Source of the DNA: Isurus oxyrinchus
Lineage: Eukaryota
NCBI GenBank assembly: GCA_026770705.1
Contig: JANJGN010000006.1
Location: 44,020,001-44,084,000 of the forward strand
Length of the DNA stretch: 64,000 nucleotides
Direction of reading: 5' to 3'
In this document: piece after piece, positions 10,990 through 23,531 of the stretch
Layout of the letters: each line of letters starts with the position of its first letter
How positions within the stretch are numbered: the stretch's first letter is position 1
The notes under the pieces: model-generated
What the model was told of the DNA's origin: nothing
Seen by the model: the letters and a program-made list of their open reading frames with translations, nothing else
Databases searched by the model: none
Made by a program: the position numbers and the translations under genes

Positions 10990-13948
10990 TGTTATGTTCT
11001 ATTATGGCATCACTTTGCTTGCGAACCGGTTGCACGCTTATCTGACAGCAGGTGAGTCGATTACAATATACTGCAAATGCAGAGACCAATATGAAATGAA
11101 GCACATGCTATTTATTTACACAAACAATAGAACACTATCATGATTTGTGCTTCCCCAACCAGACCTTGCTCCAGACTAATATTAACATGGAAGCCCACGC
11201 TACACAGCTATTGGGTCTCGCAGTCACATGGTCAATCTACTCATGGTCTCTTAAAGGTGTATTACACCTCAGATTACCACATCCCTCCCCCTTCACTGAA
11301 AGTGCATTTTACAATATGTTAATTATTTACACAAATGAACTATTTACAAAGCCAGTCTCTCAGGATGCTTTTTCAAATGTGTCGACTGTCGTAGTTCTAC
11401 GACTTTGGATGGTTTATCTGAGGCCTCCCTCTCAGGAGTTATCTGTCCATTAGGCTCCCCAGTAGGAACCTGTAGGTTTGCCTCTTTGACTCTCTCAGGC
11501 TCAATGGGTCCTTCAGGTACTTCCAAAGTAAGAGGAGTTCCTTCTACCTGTGGTGTAGACTCCAACGGGAATGTTTTTATGCTCTTTTGGGCCCCCTTGC
11601 ATGCACTCCTGCTGCCCTTCCCCTCCAAGTTCAACAATATGAAGGGCAACGGTCAGGCAGGTTCTGAAAAATCAGGATGTTGGGCAAGGCTAAATTTAAC
11701 ACAAAATGTTCAGCTTCCTGTTGTGTAAAAAAAAATTCGGGGCCTTGTTAGTAATTTTGCTTTCTCTTCCAACGTGTCTTCTTCTGATGGGTTTTCTTCT
11801 TGGCAGTGCTGACTTTAATCTTGGCTTCCTCTTCAACTTCCCTATTGGCTAGACTAGGCTCAGGTATGAGCTTGACTTGGTTGAGTCGACTCAGTGGTTG
11901 AGTCTTCCATCACTTCCTCATCTATCAACTACTTTGAAAACTCAGGGATCTCTATTTTTAAGGCTTCTTGGCTTCCACATAGCTGGTTCTTCAGTTCTTC
12001 CATTTATTTTTATATTTGTTAGTTGTTTCCTGGAGAATTAAGTATTGTTATGTTTCCTTGAATAATCGATTCTTCATCTCAGCCAGAGATATGTGGAATT
12101 CTTTCTGTTCTTCCTCATACCTTTTTAGTGGTACAAATTGGGATCTGATGGAATCTTCAATATGCAAAAGTCTACCAGCTAGTTTTCTTCTTTTTGGAGG
12201 TTACTGACTTCAACCCAAACTCTGTCCTTAAGCGTCAGCTCTATGAGTTCCTTTTGTTGAATCTTTACATGCTCCTTTTTTCGAACAGCAACATTTCCTG
12301 CTTCTGATTGAGATCTCAGTAATCTCTCAAGATTGAGCTCTCTTAATCAGTTTCTTCCAAGGAGACTCAGTCCTCTGCCTGCTATCACTATGAGGGACAG
12401 ATTAGCAGACTAGCTTCTATATTGTACTGGAACTTTGCACATACCCTTTACTCATATGTCTTCGTCAGTATATAGTCTGGCATCTGAGTTTTCCAGCTTT
12501 CATCAGTGGCCTCCTCCATTCAGATACTTAAACATCTGTTCCCTGTGACTGTTGTGGATGCGCCCGTACCACCTCCATTTGAATGGGTTTTCTATTGACT
12601 TCTACTGTCACATAGATTGGCTCTGTTTTACCCATTTTTAAGTTGTGTAGTGAGTACATATCTCACACTGTTTCTTCTGGTTCCTCCATTATATGATTTC
12701 ACGACTTCTGTCTTTTTGTTTGAGATTTTGCCTCAATCTTTCTTTACAATATCACATAATGTGCCCATTGCAATGACAGCAGAAACCCTCGAGTCTTTTA
12801 AATTGTCATTCATTTGTTGGCTGTCTGGTTCCAATTCTGCTACTATTAATGTGGTTTTTTATCCATTAAACCATTGATTTTTGCTGGTCTGTTAATGGCG
12901 GCTGTTTCCTGTCGTTCCGCAGAGCCCCGCGCTTCTGCGCCATTTCTAGCCAGTGCCTCCCTCCCGACGTGAAGAACGGCACCATTTTGTGCTCCCTTGA
13001 TTTCTTCTGAGTCCCTCACCGCAATCTCCATTGCAAATGTCAACTCCAGTGCCTTGCTGAAGTCTAAATTTGTTTCTGGTAACAACCTTTTTTGAATGGC
13101 TTCTTCATTAACCCCACACGTTAACTGGTCTCTTAACACGTCATTAATCGATGGCCCGAACTCACAGTGCTCTGTCAGTTGTTGTAAGGCTGCTACATAG
13201 CAAGCAACTATCTCTCCAGGGGCGTAACGCCTCGAATTGAATTTAAAACGCTACGTTGTTACTGAGGGTTTTGGCTAAAAGCGGCTTTTCACAATATTCA
13301 CCAACTCATCAAAGCTCTTGGAATCTCAGGTGCTGGATGCCGTTAGACTATGAATTAAGCCGTAGGTTTTACTGCCACATGTCAATAAGAGGATTGCCCG
13401 CCTCTTCTGCTCCCCCAATATGCCATTGGCCTAAAAGAAAAAGGGGAGGCGTTCAACATAATGTGACCAGTCACCGGTGATCTGATCAAATGGCTCAATG
13501 CGGCCAAATTGTGGCATGCTGGACGGAGATAACTTTGACAACTATAGTGAGGGCTTACAACTGTTTTTGTACTGCAGGGCACGGCTTATTCATTACAGTT
13601 GAGTTTTCGCAGTTCTCCTTGGTGTCATTGACTGGTCGCGTTTTGCCTTGTCGCCAGTTGTTATGTTCTACTATGGGGTCACTTTGCTTGCGAACCGGTT
13701 GCACGCTTATCTGTTGGCAGGTGAGTCGATTACAATATACTGCAGGTGCAGAGGCCAATACAAAATGAAGCACATGCTACTTATTTACACAAACAACAGA
13801 ACACTAACATGATGTGTGCTTCCCCAACCAGGCTCTACTCCAGACTAACACTAACATGGTAGCCTGCACTACACAGCTTGGGTCTTACAGTCACGTGGCC
13901 AATCAGCTCAGATTCTCTTAAAGGTGTATTACACCTCAGATTACCACA
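10990..13948 (-). mobile_element. Non-autonomous Gypsy element with two LTRs; gag and protease present, no RT/RNase H
   Basis: LTRs at 13659-13948 and 10990-11281 (TG...CA); PBS TGGCGAC at 13650-13656; PPT at 11282-11294; TSD gtaat/gtatt; gag LRDQLTCGVNEEAIQKRLL; protease end GLSLLGRN. Confidence 0.9.
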
Positions 13949-14321
13949 GTATTGATGAGTCAGGACCATTTCCTACAGAGACGTGCTGACATGGAGGAAT
14001 CTTTCAGAGGGAAGTCAATTAAGAGGTTGCCTCTGTGTTCACCATCCAATTAAGGATGGCAAGAAGGCTCCCAATGTGGGTGGCCCAATAGAAGAGCCCA
14101 CCGCACTGAGTGGACGGCAGATCCATCAGGAGAGTTAGGAGCCCCTGAGGCACAAAGAGAAGTGCAATGGTGTCTCAAAATGGAGGTACTCTTTACCATC
14201 TGCTTAAATGTTAAAAATAAGGAAGGCCCACAGTCCTTAGGGCCATCAGTGTGGAGAGGTTATGACCAAGCCTAAGGCATTTTTATTCTCATGGCTCACT
14301 CATTGGACAATTGAGAGGAAG

Positions 14322-14512
14322 AAAACAAAGAAAACTGCGGATGCTGGAAATCCAAAAACAAAAACAGAATTACCTGGAAAAACTCAGCAGGTCTGGCAGC
14401 ATCGGCGGAGAAGAAGAGTTGACGTTTCGAGTCCTCATGACCCTTCGACAAGTTCACACAAGTTCTGTCGAAGGGTCATGAGGACTCGAAACGTCAACTC
14501 TTCTTCTCCGCC
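14322..14512. mobile_element. Young Penelope-like terminal insertion with an internal inversion
   Basis: TSD aattgagaggaag (14309-14321 and 14513-14525); perfect 47-bp inverted repeat at 14404-14450 and 14466-14512. Confidence 0.85.
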
Positions 14513-14914
14513 AATTGAGAGGAAGTACTGATGACCCTCTGACTTACCACTGGGAGGCTGCCTCCAAAGGTGATGCTAGCCTTTCGAGGGGCCTCTCCAA
14601 TGCCAGAAAGATACAGTCTGAAATTTGTCCCTTAATTGGCCTAACTGGCTTTTTACTGCAGCCAGGCAGGTGGTTGCTGGTGCTGTAAACCTGCCTGTGG
14701 CACGAGACCAAGGAAGCAGGAATGGCTCAGGGAGCCGACCCAACACTCATCTTTCCAACTTACCCCTCCCCTACCACCTCCGCAGGGCTGAAAAGAGTCC
14801 ATCCACTGGCTCACTTACTGGCGGTAACGTTGCTGAGATAGTGGAGGGCTTCTGACACCTCTCAAACTGCACTTTAGTGAGCCATCTCCTTCAAGAAGGG
14901 ATTAATTTGTTTGT

Positions 14915-15385
14915 AGCACAATATTTGAAGGTAAACTTGGCAGATCAGCCAACAGCCTTGTAGCTCTATTTGTAAAGAAATATAAATCACCTTTTCTCTT
15001 ACGAGCGTAATGCAAAGTGAGTATTAGTAAAATGAAGCTCTCCTGGTGTGCAGAAAACCGCAGGGGGAAAGATAATTTGATCTGCTGATAGCAAGTGAAG
15101 CCTTTAGCTCATCTGACAATCCTCTTTCCAGCATGTTTCTGTATTATGCGGAAAAGCTTTTTGAAATTAATGTTGAAACGTTAATAGTCCAAATTTATCT
15201 TCCCCTGGAACTATTTCAGTGTCTATTATGTTCTATCCTGGCACCTGAAACTTCTCTTTACCCAGCCTCTGCTGTCTTCAGACTAAATTAACCTTAAAAT
15301 TTATTAGTACCAATTTTTTGTTCTTTGCTTTATAGGATTAATGATGTCTTTTTACAATAACTAGCCAATAGCTCACTTTTCATCA
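14915..15385 (+). pseudogene. PKHD1: PKHD1 relic, start of the large TIG-repeat exon
   Basis: LVALFV vs LVWVLV; CKVSIS-NEAL-WC vs CDIVNLTEASIWC; LANSSL vs ITNSSL. Confidence 0.5.
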
Positions 15386-15667
15386 TTTATAATTTAAATT
15401 TTAAACATTTTTTAAGGCATTATCCCCAATTTTAATCCTGCCTGCCCTGGTGGGAACTATGAGCTGAAATGATGGTCGGACACTAGTCCCGGGCACCAGC
15501 CACCATGTCATCCCCACGGGCATGAGGTTGGAGACAGCATCGGGGCATTTAAATGAAGCCCAGAAGTGAAAATTGCCCAGGCTTCACATTGCCCCTGTCA
15601 TGGGAATTTATTTTACTGCTTAGGCCTCTGCCCCTTGGCCCCAGGTTAAAATCAGGTGGCCGAATTA

Positions 15668-16170
15668 CAAAGGAACATAATAGGATCAGGCATAGGCCAT
15701 TTGGCTCCACAAGCCTGCTCTGCCATTCAACTAGATCATGGCTGGTTTTACACTTCCATGCCACTTTTCTGCACGATCCCCATATCTCTTGATATCCTTA
15801 ATATCTAGAAATATATCGATCTCTGTCTTGAATATATCTTCAATGACTGAGCCTCCACAGAGGATAAAGAATTCCAAAGATTCACTACCCTGTGAGAGAA
15901 GAAATCCCTCCTTATCTCAGTCCTAAATGGCCTACTAGTTATTCTGAATCTGTGTCTCCGGACTCTAGATCTTCCCCCCCCCCGCCGCCACGCACTCCCT
16001 GCCCCCACGCCCCACAACCATCCCCACCAGCCAGCGGAAACATTGTTTCTGCATCACCCTGTCGAGCCCTGTATGAATTTTGTATGCTTCAATGAGATCA
16101 CCTCTCATTCTTCCAAAATCTAGAGAATACAGGCCTAGCCTTGTCAATCTCTCCTCATAGGACAATTCCA
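15668..16170 (-). mobile_element. CR1 LINE 3' part
   Basis: ELSYEERLTRLGLYSL..RMRGDLIEAYKI; RRDFFSHRVVNLWNSL. Confidence 0.9.
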
Positions 16171-16914
16171 CCTGTGAGGAAAGATTGAGGACGTTGGGTC
16201 TACCTTCTCTAGAGTTTACATATTATTATGTATTTTTGTCTTAAATTACATGTTATTATTTAGAATCTTCTTATTGTTATTATTTAGAATCTTCAGCACA
16301 GAAACAGCCCATTTAGTTCAGTTGGTCTATGCCAGAGCATGTTTATACCCCACACAAACCTCCTCCCAGTCTAATTACATCTTCCCAATCTGTCTCCCTG
16401 TCCCTCTATTGCCTAGTCCCTCATGCAGACTGGGATATGTTTTAAGAAATGTAATTTTCCGCTATGCCATTCACTGGGAAGTCACTGGGCAGAAGCCAGA
16501 CATTTCAAAAGTTGGGTCAAAATTTGATGCATTTCTGAGCTGCTCCTATATCTTGCTTCTAGTTGGGCAGCGGCAAAGTAGATTAGAGCACAGAAGGAGG
16601 TCATTTAGCCCACCTTGACTGTCCCATGTTATGGCTAGACTGGCTTATCCCAGTCCTTCTGCTCAAATGTTTTTCTGTTCTTTTAAAAGGTTCAATCGAG
16701 GCATTCAAAAGGGAATTTGGACTGTTATTTGAGAAGAATGAGCAGGGTTGTGAGGAGAAGGCAGGGGAATGGCACCAGGTGAATTTCTCACTTGGAGAGC
16801 TGGTGCAGACATGATGGGCCGAATGGCCTCCTTCTGCACTGTAACAATTCTGCAATTCCATAAAATTGTACTGGATTTTAAAGGCTTCTATAGATTTGTC
16901 TCTCAGCCTTCTGT

Positions 16915-17402
16915 ACCTGTGAAAATAGCCATCAAGGTAGAATCTTCCCGCTGTAATGTCATTGGAAGATCAGCTAAAACCATGGAAAACCTGTCTAAAT
17001 GGATGACAGATGTTTCTCTAGCATTTCCTAAATTTGTCCACAAGGTGTGAGCATTGCTGGCAAGGCCAGCATTTATTGCCCTCAAGAAGGTGATGGTGAG
17101 CTGCCTTCTTGAACCGCTGCAGTCCATGTGGTGTAGGACCTGTTAGGAAAGAAGTTCCAGGATCTTAACCTAGAGATAGTGAAGGAACAATGATGTATTT
17201 CCAAGTCAGGATGGTGTGTGACTCAGAGACAAAATTGCAGATGGTGTGTTCTCAAGTGCCTGCTGCCCTTGTTCTCCTGGGTGGTGGAGGATCATGGGTT
17301 TGGGAGGTCCTGTTGAAGGTAACAAGGATGGGATAGCCGTCATGAAATTCTACCTCGTGCATCACTCAGCAACCGAGAGGTGCCATTCTTAGGAATGAAG
17401 GG
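16915..17402 (+). pseudogene. PKHD1: PKHD1 relic (TIG repeats), interrupted by a LINE tail at 17045-17320
   Basis: CNVIGRSAKTMENLSKW vs CDVETQSFQGNVSLSGC (ungapped); VMKFYLVHHSAT/RGAILRNEG vs [21 protein letters not shown]. Confidence 0.6.
17045..17320 (-). mobile_element. HER1-type LINE 3' tail
   Basis: Matches 29510-29800. Confidence 0.8.
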
Positions 17403-17674
17403 ACTCAGGTATACTTCCGCAATTTCCCTGCTCCTGAATAGATAGCTTCTCATCCTTAGCATTGTCCTGGTGGATTTAGTATGTTAGCTTTTTGTGGCTT
17501 TGATATGTTTTTGATCATGGGATCTCCAAAACTGTCCACAGTGCTCTAACTGTGGTCTGGTGCAAATTTATCATCTTGCTGTTCCCACATTTGCCAGTTG
17601 TTAGTCTCGGCTCAATGAAAGCAATCTCCCCTCAGAATCAGAAGGGAAGGAGCTCAACTTCACAGAATTGGATA

Positions 17675-18500
17675 CATGGAGTTGGATTTTAGTTGCGGAA
17701 GTTGGAGAAATCCTCAGCTCTGTCCACTTGACTCAGGAGAAAATGCCAGGTAAGGTGGGATTTTCATTGTGGGGTGAGGGGGGTGGCAGGGGCAAGGCAG
17801 GTCCGGGCTGCAGCCAGGACAGCCGACCCGGGAAAGAGTTCAGAGGCAGTCACAGGGCTGCTGGGTGCGGAGGCGGTGATGTAGGACTTCATCCCAATTA
17901 TATTGGAAAAAGAAAGGCCCTCAGCCCTCAGCCCTCATACCCTCACCCCTTCTCATACACTCTCCAGGTCCCATCCGTGCCACCTCATGCTCCCCTACTA
18001 CCCTTATGGCCCATTATGCCCCCCATGCCAAGGTATGCCCTCACCTCTATGGCCCTTCATGCCATCATGCAAAGGTATCTCCCCCCCCTATTCACTCCCT
18101 ATGGCCTCTCATGCCTAGCTACGGTATTTCTATGCCCATTCAACCACTATACACTATACAGAACCAATGAATCCTATAATGACAGTAGGGTGTGTTAAAA
18201 AAAGCTTTAAAAAAGTAATTCATTGATAACCTTCCACTTTCTTAAGATTAAACTTCCTTTTATTACAGGCCGATAAAAGTATCAATCATCCAGATGCTTT
18301 AAAGTATCAATAGCTAAAACTAAAAGCACTTGAAACCTCTTTGACTTGTGTAAATCAACATTGTGCAATTGACAGAAGCGATCAGAGAACCAGGGCTGTC
18401 AATCAAGCAATGTTTTCCCTGGGGCTCAAGTGTTTTAGTACTCTAATGGATGCCTGGGCTCTCAGCCAAAAATACATAATGAGGCTTATCTACTGGAAAT
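17675..18500. mobile_element. Non-autonomous DNA-transposon-like (Harbinger MITE-type) fragment
   Basis: 17930-18480 is clearly homologous to 28520-29120 (cc-rich tract, taaaagt.caatca.ccaga..ctttaaagtatca). Confidence 0.6.
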
Positions 18501-18919
18501 CATACTTTCAAAGAGTTATGGATTTGAGCCCTGTCCATCCACACTTTTCAGTTCCATTCCTTAAATTTTTCCTTCAAAATCATGACTGCACACTTTCCTA
18601 CATTAATTTACATTTGCCACCAATCTATCGATGCTGGTCACCTATCTTTTCCTGAAGTTTTTTACAGTCCTTGCTGTTTGCCAAATTAGCATCATTTGAA
18701 AATCCTTAGCAAATGTTGATATTGTGTTTCCTATACCAGATCAATTTGTTTTTAAAGGTTTCTAATATATATGCATATGTATGAGAGGAAGAGAAGTACA
18801 AAAGAAAAACAGAAAGGAATCGAGCATTACTGACTGAGGTGCTATCAATCCATCTCCAATCTGATAATGCCCATGACACACAAACAGTTTTCACTGTCTA
18901 TTGTCATGTCAATAAGACA

Positions 18920-19619
18920 TGTAAAGAAATCAACACTGTGTGCATTCAAACTTTATTCTTTTTTTTGCTATTTTAAATTGAACTTTTGCTGAACCACAAA
19001 ATGTCACAAAAGGTCACATAACTCACAAGATTGGCCATCTGTTCTGGGAGCTACCAACAGAAATTACAAGAACAAAAGAGTTCTACTCTCAACCTTGTGG
19101 AATCTCGCACCCCATTGTAAGGCCACATTATAATCATAAAACTAGATGACTAACAGATGAACTGACTCTCCCCAGCCAGGACAATAACAAAGACAGAGAC
19201 ATCGAAACTCATTATACCCGCAGAAGTGTTAACAGCCACCATTTCACTCTTAAGGGAAATAATGGATTTTGGCCAGAAGCACAGAAACTGCTGCGAGGCT
19301 GTACTTAAACTCATCAATGGGCCATATCACATGACCGCCATGCTTCCCGCCTTTTGGATCATTTTCGCCTCACAGCTCAGACTGCTGATTTAACACCAAC
19401 CGGAAAGAACTCCAGCAGCTCCCGGCTGAGCAAGCAGCAACTACTTGGAACCTGTTTGATTTGAAAAGCCTGAAAGTGGTCTGAGCACTGAAAGCCCATT
19501 CAGCTGTAGCATCATTCATTTCAAGGATTTTCATGTTGCTGTCTCCAATCAGAAATGCATCTGGGCTGAACTCCGCCATGAAGGAAACACCCTCTGGGCT
19601 TTGACTTCTTTCTGGAACA
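18920..19619. mobile_element. Probable solo LTR (~700 bp)
   Basis: TG...CA ends, near-TSD gaca/aaca, and the PKHD1 homology resumes directly across it. Confidence 0.6.
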
Positions 19620-20032
19620 AACACTGTAGAATGAAAGCACCCAGACGTGTGATGTGAACAACTTTATGGACACAGTTGGCACAATAGGGGGCAAATGTAA
19701 CATTGTGTTTTATCGTGCACTCCTATTTTACATAATGGCATCATCTGCTGTTGACTTATTTCACTCCTTCAACATTTGTGTCCACAATTTTTTTCATTCA
19801 TTCACGGGATGTGGCCAGCATTTATTGCCCATCCCTAACTGCCCTTGGGAAGGTGGTGGTGAGCTGCCTCCTTGAACCGCTGCAGTCCCTGTGCCATAGA
19901 TACACCCACAGCGTTGTTATAGCAAGTTTATTTGTTAACTTATGAATGGTTACCTTCAGCCAACACAAATTAACATAGCGAATTAGCATAGTGATAAAAC
20001 AGGACTGGCCAATAAAACTTATGTTGGTCTAG

Positions 20033-20402
20033 TGGCAGAATGTTGGACTCGTCAGGCAGATGCACAGCCATCCCAAGCGAGCATAAAATGACGCGCAATG
20101 ATATTGGGCAAGCATCACGACATCATTGTGCACTTACGTAATATTTTGGTTGGTGCAGCTCTGTGCCTCAGGAAGCTATTACTTTACGCACCCACACGTA
20201 TGCGGGAAGTTCCGCACTGGCAACCCCCTCCCCAACATAGAGGCAGTGCTGAGTGCTGCAGCGTGCAATTCATGCTGGCTGGCTGTTAATTGGCCAGCCA
20301 GTGTGAAATGGCGTTCACGGCCCAATCGCAAGCGGCGATCCAAGTTGTGGCCGCTTCTGCTTGCCCCCACCGAGTCCACTCGGTGACCAGAAAATCCTGG
20401 CC
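20033..20402. mobile_element. Harbinger-type MITE
   Basis: Termini tggcagaatg and aatcctggcc; internal gctggctgttaattggcc shared with the neighbouring MITE. Confidence 0.7.
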
Positions 20403-20784
20403 TATGTATTTGTTACATGATTTCATGCAAATGATGGCCAGTGCTGTTTGAAGCTTCAAAGCATAATAACATCAATTTTTTCTGTTCTCTGCTGAATTAA
20501 CTGCCGTGCTTCATTTGACACTTGACATTGCAAAATTAAGCAAGGAGCTGATGTCTGTAACCAAAATAAATGATCAGATAATGTGTTATTTGACAGACTA
20601 GTCAATACATATTAACCCTTACAGTACCTAAGAAGCTGTTACTTGACCAAGTTTGTTGAGTCCCAGGTGCTACCAGTCAGAATATGGCTTCATCAGCCTT
20701 TATCTGTTTTGATCCAAAGAACTGACCGTTGGTGTCACTACAGTGATTTCCAGTTTCTGGGATTTCAATTGACTGGAAAATATG

Positions 20785-21445
20785 GAGCAGAATTTTTCCC
20801 TTGTTGGGCGGGTGCATACCCGACCCGAGCGAGAGCAAAATAGTGTGCGATGATGTCAGGCGCGCGTCCAGACTTCATTGCATACTCTCGCAATATTTCG
20901 CTCAGTGGGAACGTGCAAGAGGCGGCGGTGCACCCGCTGACAATTAAGAGCCCTACTAAGGCCCTTAATCAATTGATTAACTTGAATTTTCCGCTGCCTG
21001 TCCAACCTTTCGGTTGGCGGGCCAGTGAATTGGCCAAGTGGCCTTTGCATTTTTTCGTGAAACCACATCCACAGGTGGGATGAGGTTTTGACCAGTGATT
21101 TTAAAAAATAAATAAAAGCTTTTAAAACTCACTTTTAATATGTCCCTGCTCAAGTGAGAGTTTTCCTTATTTTTTTAATTCTTTATTTTAAATGTTAAAA
21201 ATTTCAGGGCGCTGACACTGTGCATTCCCTCGCGCATGCGCACACCAGCGCTCGCGCTCCTCCCGCTCACCACTCCGACAGCGCTGAGGCTCCCAGCGCG
21301 CGTTTCACGCTGGCTGGCTGTTAATTGGCCGGCCGGTGGGCCGGCATGAAATCGCGGCTGGGGCCCGATCGCAGGTGGCAGTTGGTTTCGCAGCCGCTCC
21401 CGGGCCCACCTGACGAGCCCGCCCGACGAGGTAAAAATCCTGCCC
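20785..21445. mobile_element. Harbinger-type MITE
   Basis: TIRs gagcagaattttt and aaaaatcctgccc; 3-bp TSD ATG; CpG-rich; homologous to 26529-27170 and 46067-46751. Confidence 0.85.
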
Positions 21446-21639
21446 ATGGTGATATCGGAAAACAAGAATTGATTATTTAAAAATGTGTTTTAAGAGTAGG
21501 AAGGTTTGGAAAATATGGCGCAGTGCAGGGTAATATGCTAATTAGTCAAAACTTCTACTATTGCGAATACATTCACTCTGATGGATAAGCAAAATAGCTT
21601 TTACATGCCTTAATTTGCAAAAGGATTACTAAAGTTCAG

Positions 21640-21910
21640 CATTTATGGACCAGAAGACAGCACTGAATTGTAAATTCGCAAATAGCTTCTTCACGCAGAG
21701 ATTGGCTAGAATTTGGAATTCGCTACCACAAGGACCGGTTGAGGTGAATAGCACAGAAGCTTTTATGGAGAAGTTAGATAAGTAAATGAGGAATACAAGG
21801 TGATGCTGATAAAGTTGGATGAAGTATAGCAGGGGGAGGCTCATGTGAAACACAAACGCTGACATTGACCCGCTGGGCTGAAAGACCTGCTGCTGGGCTG
21901 TGATATTTTT
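21640..21910 (+). mobile_element. Old CR1 3' end
   Basis: ttcttcacgcagagattggctagaatttggaattcgctacc motif. Confidence 0.65.
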
Positions 21911-22371
21911 CGTAAATTCGAGGAAGAAAAAATTGAACCATAATCTCACCAAAAATAAATAGAAATGTCACTGTTCTGGGTGTGTTATGAGTTGATTTAT
22001 TCCCTAAATGTTACCAATGCCCAAACCAACTTTGTTTTCTTGCTTTTTGCAGGATTTCCAGCAAATTGAAAATATTGGTATCGATGATTTTTCCCAACAG
22101 GTGTGGTTTTAAAAATACTAGCAAGCAGAAATGTTGAAAATGCGATTTGGGGAGAAAGAAGGCACTCTTTGTTTTAATATATATCACCGAGTTTTGAAAA
22201 CCTTTCAGCATATTAATCACACAAGGCACTTAACAGTAGTTGCTGGAAGGTCTATTAAATTCCTCCATACATATACAGACAAAAATCTGAAAACAGCTTT
22301 GCAAAGCTCTGACTTTTTGAAACTTTAAAGTACAAACATCTGTTCCTATTCAGATGAAATTACATTGTTTC

Positions 22372-22441
22372 CCATTGTGAGATTTGAACTCTTAATCTTA
22401 GGGTTACAAACCCAGTACCATAACCACTTGGCTATTTAGGC
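22372..22441 (-). mobile_element. tRNA-derived (Thr-TGT-like) SINE head or tRNA relic
   Basis: The minus strand has A-box tagccaagtgg, anticodon arm ctggg-tttgtaa-ccc and B-box gagttcaaatctc. The acceptor stem does not pair. Confidence 0.6.
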
Positions 22442-23473
22442 CAAGCCTGACTTCTTGTAGTTGCATCTTCAGTTTATGTCAACACAGAGCTGGTTCGGAA
22501 AAACGCAAAGGCTTTTTGTTTTCATCAGGTTCCCATGTTTTTGGAACCTGTTCTGTCTGATAGAGAAGTGGAAGGAAAAATAATTTGCAAACTATTGTGT
22601 TGGTAAATTAACCAATTTCAGTGTCTTGTCCTATTTCTAATCGCAAACCTAAAGGAAGAGATTAGCTGCACTGAAATTGTGTTACTCATACCCTCCTTGG
22701 ATAGTCTGCAAATGGGATAGTGGCTTTGGAATAAAGACACTCTCAGGTACAGTAGATTTTGGGAAAGTTGGGTGTTTTATCAATTGATAGTACTGTATTT
22801 CTCATCAACACACTTCTTCACTGGTAAAGAAAGTGTCTTCCTTTAGTAACCACAGGCATTTTAGTTAGATGGATGGGTGACCTCGGCCTGTGTCAAACTT
22901 CGATTGATGCCACTATCAACCCCAGCACTTTCCAATGATTTGTAAATCTCTGATAGAGTGTGTTATCTATTTACTTGCATCAGGGCACTGCCCTGCAGTC
23001 ATTTAGAAGGTCAAGCTATGAGGACAATCTTTGTTGCACTAAATGAGGAAAAGACCCCACAAAAAATAAAAGCAGCTGTCGGGGCTGTAGAATAGGATAA
23101 GCTAAATTACTTCCCTTCAGCAGGATAGTCCTCAGGCTATGTTCTGAATGCAGAGAGGAAGCTACAAAATGGCACACATTAACTTTTATAACAAGGAATA
23201 TAGTTTAACTCCTGTGCTGCTGAATTTCTCATTGCATGGGGAAAAGGACCATAATGTATATAAAACAGGCAGCTTAGAATATTAAGGAAAAGTGTCAGAA
23301 AATGATGATTCCGAATGTTGAAAAACGCAACATGTGCGAAACGTAGCATTGATGCTGCATTAATACTCTTACACCACCGGCTGCCCCTTGGGTTCCAGCA
23401 AGGCAACATTTCATTCACTCAGCTTGACAGGAATCCTGATACTTCTGCCCAAGAGAGAGCTCCATGCATGGGT

Positions 23474-23476
<3 letters not shown>

Positions 23477-23515
<39 letters not shown>

Positions 23516-23531
23516 ATTCATACACACACAC
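23477..23531. repeat. (CA)n microsatellite
   Basis: Directly visible. Confidence 0.95.

Larger units (their letters stand above)
18709..20760 (+). pseudogene. PKHD1: PKHD1 relic, 3' half of the large TIG exon, split by a solo LTR, a LINE tail and a MITE
   Basis: LTEVL..D...VF...CHV vs LTTVL..D...VF...CNV; NESTQTC vs NASHVVC; FYIM identical; NICVH vs NFSLH; ELMSVTKINDQI vs ELISISQSDDIL; C*VP-LPV-EY vs CVVPSLPAGEY. Confidence 0.65.

Noticed and set aside
16917-16990. Apparent minus-strand exon (cag|FSMVLADLPMTLQREDSTLMAIFT|gtacag)
   Set aside because: No partner exons or recognisable protein; the + strand gives an ungapped collinear PKHD1 match instead.
22372-22441. Functional tRNA-Thr gene
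   Set aside because: The acceptor stem cannot pair and no T-run terminator follows.
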